A stretch of DNA of 64,000 bases from NCBI GenBank assembly GCA_036336835.1, contig JAYZFK010000093.1, forward strand, positions 1-64,000, given 5' to 3'. This document shows positions 38,882-48,833 of this stretch, one piece after another. The notes beneath the pieces were generated by a model that worked only from the letters and a program-made list of their open reading frames with translations, did not search any database and was not told the origin of the DNA. The first letter of the stretch is position 1, and the number at the start of each line of letters is the position of its first letter. A program made the translations under genes and the position numbers. This DNA is from Myxococcota bacterium. GTDB taxonomy: Bacteria > Myxococcota_A > UBA9160 > UBA4427.

Positions 38882-39637
38882 ATGGGGACATTGCTGCGCG
38901 CGGCGGTCGGAGTCGTTCTCGCGGGCGCGACTGCGTGTGCGCCTGCCGAGATCGGCTGTGGGGAGCTCGAGTTCGGCGAGCGTGAGCGCCGGCCCTCGAG
39001 CGCATCGCCCGGGAGGGCGTGCTCTTCAGCCGCGCCTACTCGACTGCACCGTGGACGAAACCCTCCGTGGCATCGCTGTTCACGGGTCTCGAGCCGTCGG
39101 CTCACGGGGTCCTGAGCCACCTCGACGAGCACGGCTGGGGCATCCGTGCTCGAGACCGATGTGCTCGCGCCCGAGCTCACGACGCTCGCCGAGCTCTACC
39201 AGCGCGCGGGCTACGCGACGGCTGCCGTCCTCAGCAATCCGTGGCTCGTGCGACCCTACGGTTTCGACCAGGGCTTCGACGCGTTCCTGGACTCGCTCGC
39301 GGACTGGCAGGCATCCGCGTCCGACGTGACGCTGGCCGCATCGCTCTGGCTCTCGGCGCAGCCGACGGACCGACCCTGGCTCCTGTACGTCCACTACCTC
39401 GATCCCCAGCTTCCCTACGGTCCGCTCGAGGAGGCTGAGCTGCGGGCGCTCGCCGACGAGATTGCCGCCGATACGAGGTCCGTCGACGATCGTGCACTGC
39501 AGGCCATCAAGGGCCAGGCCAAGCTCGCGGGCGGACGCAGCGCGCTCGACCTCGGGATCGAGCCGCGACTGCGACTGCTCGAGCTGGCCTACGAAAAGGG
39601 CATCGAGCGGCTCCGCGAGCTCGGCTACGGCCCTTGA
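38882..39637 (+). pseudogene. fragmented sulfatase-like lipoprotein gene
   Basis: Lipoprotein-like leader (LAGATAC), then a frame change to IAREGVLFSRAYSTAPWTKPSVASLFTG, then another to TTLAE...GFDQGF...HYLDP...LRELGY; DTLRAD and DHG segments absent. Confidence 0.75.
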
Positions 39638-40749
39638 CGGCCCGCGACGCTGCGCCTCCAGCGCGCGACCCGTGCTGAGCGCGTCAGCGGCCACTCGATC
39701 AGCGCGAACGACAGCATGCCGACTGCGATGCTCACCAGCAACACCGCCCAGCTGATGAGCCACGGACTCGGGAGCTGTGCGAGCACCAGCGAGCGCGCGA
39801 CCGGCACGTGCCACAGGTAGATGCTGAAGCTCACGACACCAATCAGCCGCAGGGGCCTCGACGCGAGCACCCGTTCGAGCCAGGCGCCGCCGTTGACCGC
39901 GCCGAACACGACCGCACCCCACAGCGCGCCGAACGCCAGAAACTGACGGTGCGTCCAGTCCTTGGGCAGCTCCTCGCCGAACACGGCGGAGCCCACCGCG
40001 GGTGACAGGGCAGCGACGCCCAGCAGGCCCGCGCAGGCCAGGGCCGAGGCGATGCGTCGCAGCGCCGTCTGCTGGCCGGCGAGCCGCTCGACACGCGCGT
40101 CGACGACCGCGGCGTACGAGCCGAGCAGAAAGATCGGCAGATAGACGCCCAGGTGCAGCGTATCCTTGGCCGACTCCGCCGGCGGCCAGGCGAGTAGCGC
40201 CGCTCCGATGGCGGCCGCCGTCGCGCACGAAACGAGCGCGAGGTCGAGGCGGAGCGCACGGTAGGCGAGGGCGACCCAGGGGAGCACCAGGTAGTAGGTG
40301 ACCTCGACGGGGATCGTCCAGTAGACACCCTTGCCCTGCTGGAGGAGCAGGTGCCCGACGAACTCGTCGGTCGTCAGTGACGGCATCGCTCGCGTCGGCG
40401 CCCACTGCGCGAAGGCCCAGTTCGAGAACAGGACCAGCCAGTAGAGAGGGAAGATCCGCAAGACCCGCCGCAACGCATAACGTACCCAACCGCGGGGATC
40501 CCGAAGATCCATCTCGCTGCGGAGCAGGGGCTTCGTGAGAAGGAAGGCGCTCAGCGCGAAGAACAGGTAGACGCCGGACTTCCCGGTGCCGCGAAGGTCC
40601 AGGCCGGGCAGCAGGTACAGGTCGGCGTTGCTCAGATGGCTCAGCACGACGATCAGGACGGCCGCGCCGCGCAGCCCGTCGAGGGCATCGAGCTGCAGCC
40701 TCGCAGTCGACGTCTTGCGCAGGAAGAACGACTCGAGGCGGCCAGGCAT
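39625..40749 (-). CDS. acyltransferase-3 (OafA-like) membrane O-acyltransferase
   Basis: LDGLRG.A...VV.SH, GVYLFFALSAF, RR.LRIFPLY, WTIPVE..YY, SFSIYLWH and IEWP motifs. Confidence 0.92.
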   Translation of the reverse strand: MPGRLESFFLRKTSTARLQLDALDGLRGAAVLIVVLSHLSNADLYLLPGLDLRGTGKSGVYLFFALSAFLLTKPLLRSEMDLRDPRGWVRYALRRVLRIFPLYWLVLFSNWAFAQWAPTRAMPSLTTDEFVGHLLLQQGKGVYWTIPVEVTYYLVLPWVALAYRALRLDLALVSCATAAAIGAALLAWPPAESAKDTLHLGVYLPIFLLGSYAAVVDARVERLAGQQTALRRIASALACAGLLGVAALSPAVGSAVFGEELPKDWTHRQFLAFGALWGAVVFGAVNGGAWLERVLASRPLRLIGVVSFSIYLWHVPVARSLVLAQLPSPWLISWAVLLVSIAVGMLSFALIEWPLTRSARVARWRRSVAGRQGP

Positions 40750-40795
40750 GCGCGCCGAAGTCTAGCCCGCGCTCCTGAGATAGGTTCTGGCCACG

Positions 40796-42583
40796 ATGCC
40801 CTGGCTATGGCTCGCTCTCGAGCTCGCGGTCGAGCTGCTCGCCGCGTGGACGCTTGCCGTGCACGGCTGCATGGCGCTCGGTATCGCGGCGTGGTGGGCG
40901 TGGCCGGCCTGGGGCCTGCTGGTCGCCGCCATCGGGTTCGCCGGGCGGCGGCGGTTCGTCAGCGTGCGCCGTGTGCCGCGCGAGGAACGCTCGTTCGCGC
41001 TCTCCGCGCTCGGGCTGGGGGCGGCCGCGTCGTTGCCGGCGCTCGTCCTGCTCACGCCGAGCGGCGACGACTTCAACTTCTTCCACCGCGCGGTCTGGCA
41101 GCTCGGGCACCTCGGCGAGCCGTTCTCCAGTGGCGACACCGCCTTTGGCGTCCCGGGCCTGGCGGCGATCTCGCCGCTCCACGCGATCACCACCTGGGAG
41201 CTCGGGCTGGCGATGCTGGCCCAGGCGCTGGGCCTCTCTGCGCTGGGTGTCTACCACAACGGCGCGGTGATCCTCGGCAACCTCTTGCTCACCACACTGC
41301 TCGCCCTCTGGCTGCGCGAGCTGGGCTTCAGCGCGCGCGGGTCGCTCGTCGGCGTCCTCGGCGCGATCGCCTTCCTGTACGTCGACGATCCCAGCGTTCG
41401 CTCCTGGGCGATCGCCTACCGGATGCTGTGGGTAGGCAAGATGGTGCAATGGCTGGTCGTGCTTCCGGCGGCGCTGCTGTTTGCCTGGCGCTATCTGTGC
41501 GATCCCTCGCCAGCGCGGCTGCTGCACCCTGCGGCGTGCGGAATCTGTGCGGTGGCGACCAGCGGCACGGGTGTGTTCCTGCTGCCCGGCATGTTTGCGG
41601 CCGCATCGCTGGCGGGCCTGCTGCTACGTCCGCTCTCGCTTCGCCGCGCGATCGAGTGCGGCTCGCTGAATCTCGCCTCGTTCTACTGCCTGGGCGTTGC
41701 TGCGCTCGTCTTCTCGGGCACGCTCGCGCAGCCCGGCGACCTGCGCGCCTGGGTCGAGGGTTTCCCCGCTTCGTGGTTCGACAACCTCCGCCTGGTCGCG
41801 CCGCACGCGGCCGGTGCTGTCCGCAACGCGTTGCTCGCCTTCGCGGTTCCGGTGGTCCTGTTGCGCGGCGACGGACGCGCCTTCCTCGTCGGCTTCGGCG
41901 CGGCGTTGATCGTGATCTTTCTGAACCCCGTGCTCGGGCCCCTCTGGCTCGAGGCGGCCAAGCCCGGCTCGTACTGGCGGGTGATGCTGTTGTTCCCGGT
42001 GCCGCTCGCAGCGGGGATCACGCTCGCCGCGCTGGCCGACGGGCGACCTTCGCGTCGGGTTGCCGTCGTCGTCGTCGGGCTGGTGGCGCTCTGCGCGGTT
42101 GCGGCTCGTCTCTCGACGCCTCCGGGCTTCGCCTACATGGAGCATCGCTATGCAACGAAGGCACCACTCGAGCTCCGACTCCCGCCCGCAGAGCTTCGCT
42201 TCGTGCGGCTCGCTCGCGGCGAGCTCGCGGCTCGCCATCTGCTCGCCGCGCGGGGAATCAGCGTGACGGCCGCGCTGCTGGTGCCGAGCCTGCGCATCGA
42301 AGCCGGCCGTCTGCAGGATACGCGGCACGTGTTCGCCAACGCGGGCGATCCGAATGAAGGCGTGCGCCGGCTCAAGGCCTGGGAGTGGGCGAGCCACTGC
42401 GGGGCTCCGTCGCCTGCGGGAGAAGCGGCCGCCCGCGAGTCGATCTCAAGAGGAGTCGACGCGGTGATCGCGGTCGACTGCGGCGGCCGGGACGCTGCGC
42501 GGCGGCGTGTGCTCGAGCACGGCGGGGCGCGTTTCAACGAAGTGCTGCGCGAAGGCGGCTACGTGCTCTACCTGCGCCGCTGA
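40796..42583 (+). CDS. polytopic membrane protein, putative GT-C-type transferase (DUF6077-like)
   Basis: About 12-13 TM segments, acidic pair in an early external loop (PSGDDFNFF), soluble C-terminal domain. Confidence 0.6.
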   Translation: MPWLWLALELAVELLAAWTLAVHGCMALGIAAWWAWPAWGLLVAAIGFAGRRRFVSVRRVPREERSFALSALGLGAAASLPALVLLTPSGDDFNFFHRAVWQLGHLGEPFSSGDTAFGVPGLAAISPLHAITTWELGLAMLAQALGLSALGVYHNGAVILGNLLLTTLLALWLRELGFSARGSLVGVLGAIAFLYVDDPSVRSWAIAYRMLWVGKMVQWLVVLPAALLFAWRYLCDPSPARLLHPAACGICAVATSGTGVFLLPGMFAAASLAGLLLRPLSLRRAIECGSLNLASFYCLGVAALVFSGTLAQPGDLRAWVEGFPASWFDNLRLVAPHAAGAVRNALLAFAVPVVLLRGDGRAFLVGFGAALIVIFLNPVLGPLWLEAAKPGSYWRVMLLFPVPLAAGITLAALADGRPSRRVAVVVVGLVALCAVAARLSTPPGFAYMEHRYATKAPLELRLPPAELRFVRLARGELAARHLLAARGISVTAALLVPSLRIEAGRLQDTRHVFANAGDPNEGVRRLKAWEWASHCGAPSPAGEAAARESISRGVDAVIAVDCGGRDAARRRVLEHGGARFNEVLREGGYVLYLRR

Positions 42584-42728
42584 GCGAGCGAACATGCGCC
42601 TCGGCTGCCCTCTGGGTTCCAGGAAGCCGCGCATCGGGCTTGCCTGGCTTGCTCTTCCTTCGCTTCCCTTCACCTCACTTCACTTCCTAGTGCGGCCGCT
42701 GACCGATACACTCGGTCGACCGATTGCC

Positions 42729-43532
42729 ATGACTGATTTGCCCGCCACCTCGACCGACCACAACGAGCTCGCGCGACGCGCGCGTCTTCGGTTGCTGAGG
42801 ATGCATCGCGAGGCCGGCGTCGGGCACATTGGCGGCAACCTGTCGGCTCTCGACGCCATGCTCGTGCTGCATCACCGCGTGATGGGCTCGGACGACACGT
42901 TCATCCTGTCGAAGGGCCACGCCGCCGGGGCGCTCTACGTCACCCTGTGGACCCTCGGTGAGCTCGGTGACGAGGCACTCACGCAATTCCACGCCGATGG
43001 TTCGATGCTGTCCGGACACCCGGTTGCACGCTGGACACCCGGGATTCCGTTCGCGACCGGCAGCCTCGGACACGGGCTGCCCGTCTCGGCAGGAATTGCA
43101 CTCGCGCATCGGCTCCAGGGCCAGCGGGGTCGCGTGTTCTGCCTGTGCTCGGACGGCGAGTGGCAGGAAGGCTCGAACTGGGAGGCGCTGATCTTTGCGA
43201 GCCATCAGCGACTCGCTTCGCTGGTGCTGCTCGTCGATCAGAACGGCCTGCAGGGCTTTGGGTCGACCGACGAGGTCGGTGGTATCGCGAACCTGCGCGA
43301 GCGATTCGAAGCATTCGGCATTGCCGCGACCGAGTGCGACGGACACGACGCCGCGGCGATCGAGTCGGCCCTCGCCGACGACGTAACGGGTTCGCAGGGC
43401 CCTCGCGCCATCCTGCTGCACACCGTCAAGGGCAAGGGTGTGTCGTTCATGGAGGGCAAGCTCGAGTGGCACTATCTGCCGCTCGACGACGAGCTCTACG
43501 CGCGAGCGGTCGCCGAGATCGAGGCCGGATGA
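42729..43532 (+). CDS. transketolase-like N-terminal (ThDP-binding) subunit
   Basis: GHIGGNLS, LSKGH, GSLGHG, SDGEWQEG...N and TVKGKGV motifs. Confidence 0.92.
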   Translation: MTDLPATSTDHNELARRARLRLLRMHREAGVGHIGGNLSALDAMLVLHHRVMGSDDTFILSKGHAAGALYVTLWTLGELGDEALTQFHADGSMLSGHPVARWTPGIPFATGSLGHGLPVSAGIALAHRLQGQRGRVFCLCSDGEWQEGSNWEALIFASHQRLASLVLLVDQNGLQGFGSTDEVGGIANLRERFEAFGIAATECDGHDAAAIESALADDVTGSQGPRAILLHTVKGKGVSFMEGKLEWHYLPLDDELYARAVAEIEAG

Positions 43533-44455
43533 GGGATCGGGCGTGCCAGAGCTGGGTCTCACTCGCCGAGCGCAAGGACTCGTTCGTATTCCTCACGGGT
43601 GATCTCGGTTTTCGCGCGCTCGAGCCGCTGCGTGCCGCGCTCGGAGACCGCTTCATCAACGCCGGCGTCGCCGAACAGAACATGGTGTCCGTCGCCGCCG
43701 GCCTCGCAACCCAGCGACTCGATGCGTGGGTCTACAGCATTGCGCCATTTTGTTATGCGCGGCCCTACGAACAGATCCGCAACGATGTGTGTCAGCACGG
43801 GCTTCCGGTCAAGCTGGTCGGCAACGGCGGCGGCTACGGATACGGGGCGATGGGCGCGACCCATCACGCGCTCGAGGATTACGGATCGCTGGTCGTGCTC
43901 CCGGGAATGCGCGCGGTGGTGCCGGCGTTCGGCGACGACGTCGAGCCGGCGATCGCACAGTTGGCTGCGCAAGCGGGCCCCGGCTACCTGCGGCTCGGGC
44001 GGTGCGAGGCACCGCCGTCCTGGACGCCTCCACCGTTTTCGGCGTGGCGCCGGCTGCTGGCCGGCGCGCGCGGCGTCGTCGTCGCCGTCGGGCCGCTGGT
44101 CGGACCGTTGGTCGCCGCGCTGCTCGAGCGACCCGAGGCCGAGCGCCCCGCCGTCTGGCTGCTCGGAGTCCTGCCGATCGAGCCCGCGCAGATCCCGGCC
44201 GACTTGTTGGACACGATCGAGCGCAGCGGCGCGTTGCTGGTGGCGGAGGAACACGTCTCGACGGGTAGTGCGGGAGAAGCGATTGCGCGCAGCCTGCTCG
44301 AGCGCGGGGTGCACGTTGCTTGTTTCGAGCACGTCTGCGCGCGAGGCTATCCTTCGGGCCGCTACGGCTCGCAGGCCTGGCACCGGCGCGAGTGCGGGCT
44401 CGATGCGGTGAGCCTGATCGAGCGCAGCGCGAAGCTCTGGAGCGAGGTCGGATGA
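43529..44455 (+). CDS. transketolase-like C-terminal subunit
   Basis: TGDLG, NAGVAEQNM, EQIRND, GATHHA and EEH motifs; ATGA coupling. Confidence 0.92.
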   Translation: MRDRACQSWVSLAERKDSFVFLTGDLGFRALEPLRAALGDRFINAGVAEQNMVSVAAGLATQRLDAWVYSIAPFCYARPYEQIRNDVCQHGLPVKLVGNGGGYGYGAMGATHHALEDYGSLVVLPGMRAVVPAFGDDVEPAIAQLAAQAGPGYLRLGRCEAPPSWTPPPFSAWRRLLAGARGVVVAVGPLVGPLVAALLERPEAERPAVWLLGVLPIEPAQIPADLLDTIERSGALLVAEEHVSTGSAGEAIARSLLERGVHVACFEHVCARGYPSGRYGSQAWHRRECGLDAVSLIERSAKLWSEVG

Positions 44456-46434
44456 CTGCTGAGCTCGAACGCAAGATCCTCGGCCTGCACGGGCCGATCC
44501 TGGTACTCGGGGCCAGCGGTTTCGTCGGTGCCAACCTGTTCCGCAGCCTGCTTGCTCACCGCTCCGATGTCTACGGCACCGCATCACGCTTTCCGGCCTG
44601 GCGTCTCGAGGGACTGCCCGGGGCGAACACGCTCGCGAACGATCTGCTGGTCGAGTCGAATCTGGTCCAGCTGCTCGACCGGGTGCGGCCGCTCTGCGTC
44701 TTCGACTGTGTTGCCTACGGTGCCTACTCCTACGAACGCGATCCGCATCTGATCTACCGCACCAACCTGTCGTTTCCCGTGGCGCTGGCCGAACAGCTCG
44801 TGCACCGCGGTGTGCGAGCCTTCGTGCACGCGGGCTCGTCGTCGGAGTACGGAGCCGGCTCGGCTGCGCCGCCCGAATCGCAGGCGCCGCTGCCGAACAG
44901 CCACTACGCGGCGTCGAAGGCTGCGGCCGCCGGTGTCCTGCACTACATGGGCAAGGAGTGCGGTCTACCCTGCGTGAATCTGCGCTTCTACTCGGTCTAC
45001 GGCCCCTGGGAGGACGCGTCCCGCCTGGTTCCGACCGTGGTTGCTGCCGGTCTTCGCGGCGAGTTGCCGCCGTTCGTGGACCCTGGCATCGCGCGGGATT
45101 TCGTCTACGTCGACGACGCGGTCGAGGCTTTCTTCGACGCGGCGCTCCGGCTGGAGCCCGAGCACTACGGCGAGTCGTTCAACATCGGAACCGGAACCTG
45201 CACGACGATCGGAGACGTTGCGAAGCTTGCGCGCGACCGCTTCGAGATTGCCGCCGAGCCCGATTTCAGCATGCCGGCGCGCGATTGGGATACGCGCGAG
45301 TGGTACGCAAACCCGCTTCGCGCCGCCGACGCCTTTGGCTGGCGATCGCGCATCTCGTTCGAGGAGGGGCTCGCGCGAACCGCAGACTGGATTCGAGGTC
45401 TCGAGGATCTCGAGGCTTACCAGCGCAGCTCGAAGCGGTTCGGGCCCGACACGCGCCACAGCATCAGTGCAGTCGTCGCCTGCTACCGGGACGAGCTGGC
45501 GATCCCGGTCATGCACGAGCGGCTCGTGGCCGTGTTCGAGAAGCTCGGCGTCGATTACGAGATCATCTTCGTCAACGACTGCAGCCCGGACGACACAGAA
45601 GAGGCGATTCGCGCGATCAGCGCGCGCGACCGTCACGTGGTCGGCATCAGCCACTCGCGCAACTTCGGCTCGCAGGCGGCATTCCGCAGCGGGATGGAGA
45701 TCGCGACCAAGAACGCCTGTGTCCTGCTCGACGGCGATCTGCAGGATCCGCCCGAACTGATCGAGTCGTTCGTCGAGAAGTGGCGCGAGGGCTACGACGT
45801 CGTCTACGGACGCCGGGTGAAACGCGAGGCGCCCTGGGGGATGCGGATCGCGTACAAGGCCTTCTACCGCTTGTTCGATCGCTTCTCCTATCTGCGCATT
45901 CCGCACGACGCGGGCGACTTCTCGCTGATGGACAAGCGCGTCGTACGCAGCGTGTTGAAGTTTCCCGAGCGCGACTTCTTCCTGCGCGGTGTTCGCGCAT
46001 TCGTCGGGTTTCGCCAGGCGGGCGTCGACTACGCGCGTCCAGAACGCATGTTCGGGCGCTCGACGAACAACCTGCTGAGCAACCTCGGCTGGGCCAAGAA
46101 GGGCATCCTATCGTTCAGCCAGACGCCGCTGAACTTGCTCTCCGCGGCGGGAGTACTGGGCATCGGCGTCTTCGGCGCGCTGGCGATGTTGCAGATCCTC
46201 GCGAAGCTCGCATTCCCAGATGCGGCGCCCAAGGGCATCACGACGGTACTGTTGGTTGTACTCTTCTTCGGCTCCGTCAACCTGTTTGCGATCAGTCTGG
46301 TCGGCGAGTACATCGCAAAGATCTTCGAAGAGGTGAAGCGGCGCCCGCACTTCCTGCGGCGCTCGATCGTGCGCGACGGCGAGGTGCGCGACGCCGCCGA
46401 GGAGCACCTCGGTGCCGACGGGGACGGCGCTTGA
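44452..46434 (+). CDS. fusion of NAD-dependent sugar epimerase/reductase and GT2 polyprenyl-phosphate glycosyltransferase (GtrB/ArnC-like)
   Basis: N-half GASGFVG, GSSSEYG, YAASK, RDFVYVDD; C-half VNDCSPD, SRNFG, LDGDLQDPPE, GDFSL plus two C-terminal TM helices; ATGA coupling. Confidence 0.92.
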   Translation: MTAELERKILGLHGPILVLGASGFVGANLFRSLLAHRSDVYGTASRFPAWRLEGLPGANTLANDLLVESNLVQLLDRVRPLCVFDCVAYGAYSYERDPHLIYRTNLSFPVALAEQLVHRGVRAFVHAGSSSEYGAGSAAPPESQAPLPNSHYAASKAAAAGVLHYMGKECGLPCVNLRFYSVYGPWEDASRLVPTVVAAGLRGELPPFVDPGIARDFVYVDDAVEAFFDAALRLEPEHYGESFNIGTGTCTTIGDVAKLARDRFEIAAEPDFSMPARDWDTREWYANPLRAADAFGWRSRISFEEGLARTADWIRGLEDLEAYQRSSKRFGPDTRHSISAVVACYRDELAIPVMHERLVAVFEKLGVDYEIIFVNDCSPDDTEEAIRAISARDRHVVGISHSRNFGSQAAFRSGMEIATKNACVLLDGDLQDPPELIESFVEKWREGYDVVYGRRVKREAPWGMRIAYKAFYRLFDRFSYLRIPHDAGDFSLMDKRVVRSVLKFPERDFFLRGVRAFVGFRQAGVDYARPERMFGRSTNNLLSNLGWAKKGILSFSQTPLNLLSAAGVLGIGVFGALAMLQILAKLAFPDAAPKGITTVLLVVLFFGSVNLFAISLVGEYIAKIFEEVKRRPHFLRRSIVRDGEVRDAAEEHLGADGDGA

Positions 46435-47156
46435 GCGTCCGCGAGCGCAGCGTCCGCACCTTCGAGGCGGATGTCGCCGAGGCGGGCGGCTATCTCTACG
46501 CCACGGACGACAAGCTCTCGTGTCGCTTCGCGAATGGTCGGATCGACCGGGCCGTTCTTGCATTCGCCAGGCCGGCCGGCAGGCGGGTGATCGACATCGG
46601 GTGCGGAGACGGCGTGTACACGGAGAAGCTGCTCGCTGCCGGTGCGGCGGAAGTGCTGGGCATCGATGCGGCGGGCGAGTCGATCGAAGCGGCGCGCCGG
46701 CGCTGCGCTGGTTATTCGAACGCCCGTTTCGAGGTGCGAGACATCTACGAGCTCACCCGCACGGGTGAGCCCTACGATGTCGCGGTGGTGCGGCTGATGC
46801 TCCACCACCTGTACGACCCGCCGACGGCGATCGCAGCGATCAGCAATATGGCTCGTGAGGTCGTGGTCTGCGACCCCAACGGCTACAACCCCATTCTGAA
46901 GGTGATCGAGAGAGTTTCTTCCTATCACGTGGCGCACGAAGAGAAGAGCTTTGCGCCGCGCAGCCTCGATCGCTGGTTCGAATCGGCCGGCGGCGAGGTC
47001 GTCGAGCGCGAGTTTATCGGCCTGGTTCCGATGTTCAGCCCGGACCCCATCGCGATCGTATGCAAGGCCGTTGAACCGCTGGTGGAGTCACTGCCGGGCC
47101 TCCGGGCGCTGGGATGTGCGCAATACGTGCAGCGCATCCGAACGCGGCTCGCCTAG
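46431..47156 (+). CDS. class I SAM-dependent methyltransferase
   Basis: VIDIGCGDG motif I, GID and LHHL; TTGA coupling to the upstream gene. Confidence 0.88.
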   Translation: MSVRERSVRTFEADVAEAGGYLYATDDKLSCRFANGRIDRAVLAFARPAGRRVIDIGCGDGVYTEKLLAAGAAEVLGIDAAGESIEAARRRCAGYSNARFEVRDIYELTRTGEPYDVAVVRLMLHHLYDPPTAIAAISNMAREVVVCDPNGYNPILKVIERVSSYHVAHEEKSFAPRSLDRWFESAGGEVVEREFIGLVPMFSPDPIAIVCKAVEPLVESLPGLRALGCAQYVQRIRTRLA

Positions 47157-47225
47157 CAGGGTCCTGCCCCGAAAGTCCGGCGCGGCTCTGCGCACCGAGC
47201 GCGCGGTGGACGCCTTCGGGCGCGC

Positions 47226-48827
47226 CTAGCGCGTCTCGCGCAACCGATCGAGATCCCACACGCGCAGCAGGTCGCTCTGGTGGTCGGCCGGTCCGAAGCG
47301 CCGCTCGAGCAAGCGGGTCGTCTTGGAACCGGCCGTGCGCAGCGGTCGCCAGATCTCGGGGCGCTCGTCGAGCCGCATCCAGTGGTTGGGGTCGCTGGTG
47401 CGGATGCGGCGTTCCTCGCGCTGGAGATCGAGGTGCACGATCAGCCAGCGCGCGGGTGAATCGAGGTAGCGCTCGGTGCTGGGCATGAACGTTTGCTCGA
47501 GGCGCAAGCGGTCGTCGTTCAGCTGCCGCCAGGGCGCGACCGCGTACACCGGCTGCCCGTGATGCTTCTGATAGGCGTCGAAGGCGTGGGTCGCCAGATT
47601 GGACCACGGATACTCGAGCACCGGCTGGTGGACTTCACTGGTCTCGGCAAGCTCGCGATAGAACGGTGGCATGTCCTGGCTTGCGATCGTGTTTCCGTCG
47701 CGGACGAAATAGGCAAAGGTCGATGCGGTCGAGAAGCTGGTGCGCGCGAAGGTGCGCGTTGCAAACGGTCCGGTGGCGAGCAACGCAACGAGCAGTGCCG
47801 CGATTGCCAGTCCGTGCACCCGCGCACCGAGCCGTGCGATCGGCTCGGCGAGCCCTCGTGCTACGAGCGCCAGTCCGAAGGGCGTCAGAACCAGCAGGTA
47901 GCGGTTGATCACGATCGGGTTGTCGAGCTGATCCGGTCCGAGCGCGAGCAGCCCGACGACGTGCAGCACGACGAGCGCCGCGAGGTAGAGCAGCCACTCG
48001 CGATCGCGACGCCAGCTGAGAGCAATCCCGCGCGCGAGCGCAACGAGGACCAGCAAGGTGAGGATTGGGCTCGTGCTCCCCGAGTGCATCCGCACCACCT
48101 CGAGCCAGGTTGCGGGTGTGGGACGGCCGCCGCTGCCGTGGACCTCGCTCAGCAGCGAGAGCGATTCGAGTGCCGGCAGCAGCGGAAGCAGAGCGCACAC
48201 CAACGCCGCCGCTGCGACCGCGGTCAGCTCGCGGCTTCGCGCGCGCAGCTCGGCGTCTCCGAATGCAAGCCGCGCCGTCGCGTACACCACCGGTGCGGCG
48301 ACGAAGGGTGCCACCGATAGGTTGCACCACAGCGCCAGTCCGGCGCAGACCGCGTAGCCGGCGCCGGCTCGTCGATTTCGCTCGCGCCACCAGCGCTCGA
48401 AGCAGACGACGGCGACGAACGCGAGGAGCACCGCCGGGGCATAGGAGCGGACCATTCGCGAGTAGATGGCGAGCAGCGGAGAGAGAGCGAGCAGCCAGGC
48501 GTACCACCCGCTTGCGCGGGTGCCCAGCCGCTCGCGCAGCATCCACGGCATCACGGCGATCGCCAGCGTGCCGAGCAGTAGCGCCGGCAGCCGGAGCTCG
48601 AACTCGCCCAGCCTGGCACCCGAGTCGAAGGCGATCCGGATCAGCGCGCCCATCGGTACGCCGTAGTCGGCGCCGTGGTAGGTCCAGGTCGAGAGGATCT
48701 GCGAGAGCGGCCACTCGAGCGCCGCATTCAATGCGTGGAACTCGTCGCCCGAGAGGAGCTGGTTGCGCAGTCGGAGGCCCCGCAATACGGCGCCTGCGAT
48801 CAACGCGCATCCGATCGACCAGCGCAA
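47226..48827 (-). CDS. GT-C fold glycosyltransferase (PMT/GT39/GT83-like)
   Basis: TM1 followed by GDE, then LRLP, SP..IYSRMVRSY, NRYLL, multiple TMs and a periplasmic C-domain. Confidence 0.82.
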   Translation of the reverse strand: MRWSIGCALIAGAVLRGLRLRNQLLSGDEFHALNAALEWPLSQILSTWTYHGADYGVPMGALIRIAFDSGARLGEFELRLPALLLGTLAIAVMPWMLRERLGTRASGWYAWLLALSPLLAIYSRMVRSYAPAVLLAFVAVVCFERWWRERNRRAGAGYAVCAGLALWCNLSVAPFVAAPVVYATARLAFGDAELRARSRELTAVAAAALVCALLPLLPALESLSLLSEVHGSGGRPTPATWLEVVRMHSGSTSPILTLLVLVALARGIALSWRRDREWLLYLAALVVLHVVGLLALGPDQLDNPIVINRYLLVLTPFGLALVARGLAEPIARLGARVHGLAIAALLVALLATGPFATRTFARTSFSTASTFAYFVRDGNTIASQDMPPFYRELAETSEVHQPVLEYPWSNLATHAFDAYQKHHGQPVYAVAPWRQLNDDRLRLEQTFMPSTERYLDSPARWLIVHLDLQREERRIRTSDPNHWMRLDERPEIWRPLRTAGSKTTRLLERRFGPADHQSDLLRVWDLDRLRETR

Positions 48828-48833
48828 TGGGGC

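Noticed and set aside
42648..42690. Pyrimidine-rich CTTC/CTTCAC-like short repeats upstream of the transketolase genes
   Set aside because: Irregular, with no constant unit or spacers; not a CRISPR array or a clear phase-variable tract
44958..46430. 732-aa methyltransferase ORF
   Set aside because: The upstream part is an off-frame overlap with the SDR-GT2 gene; the real domain starts at TTG 46431
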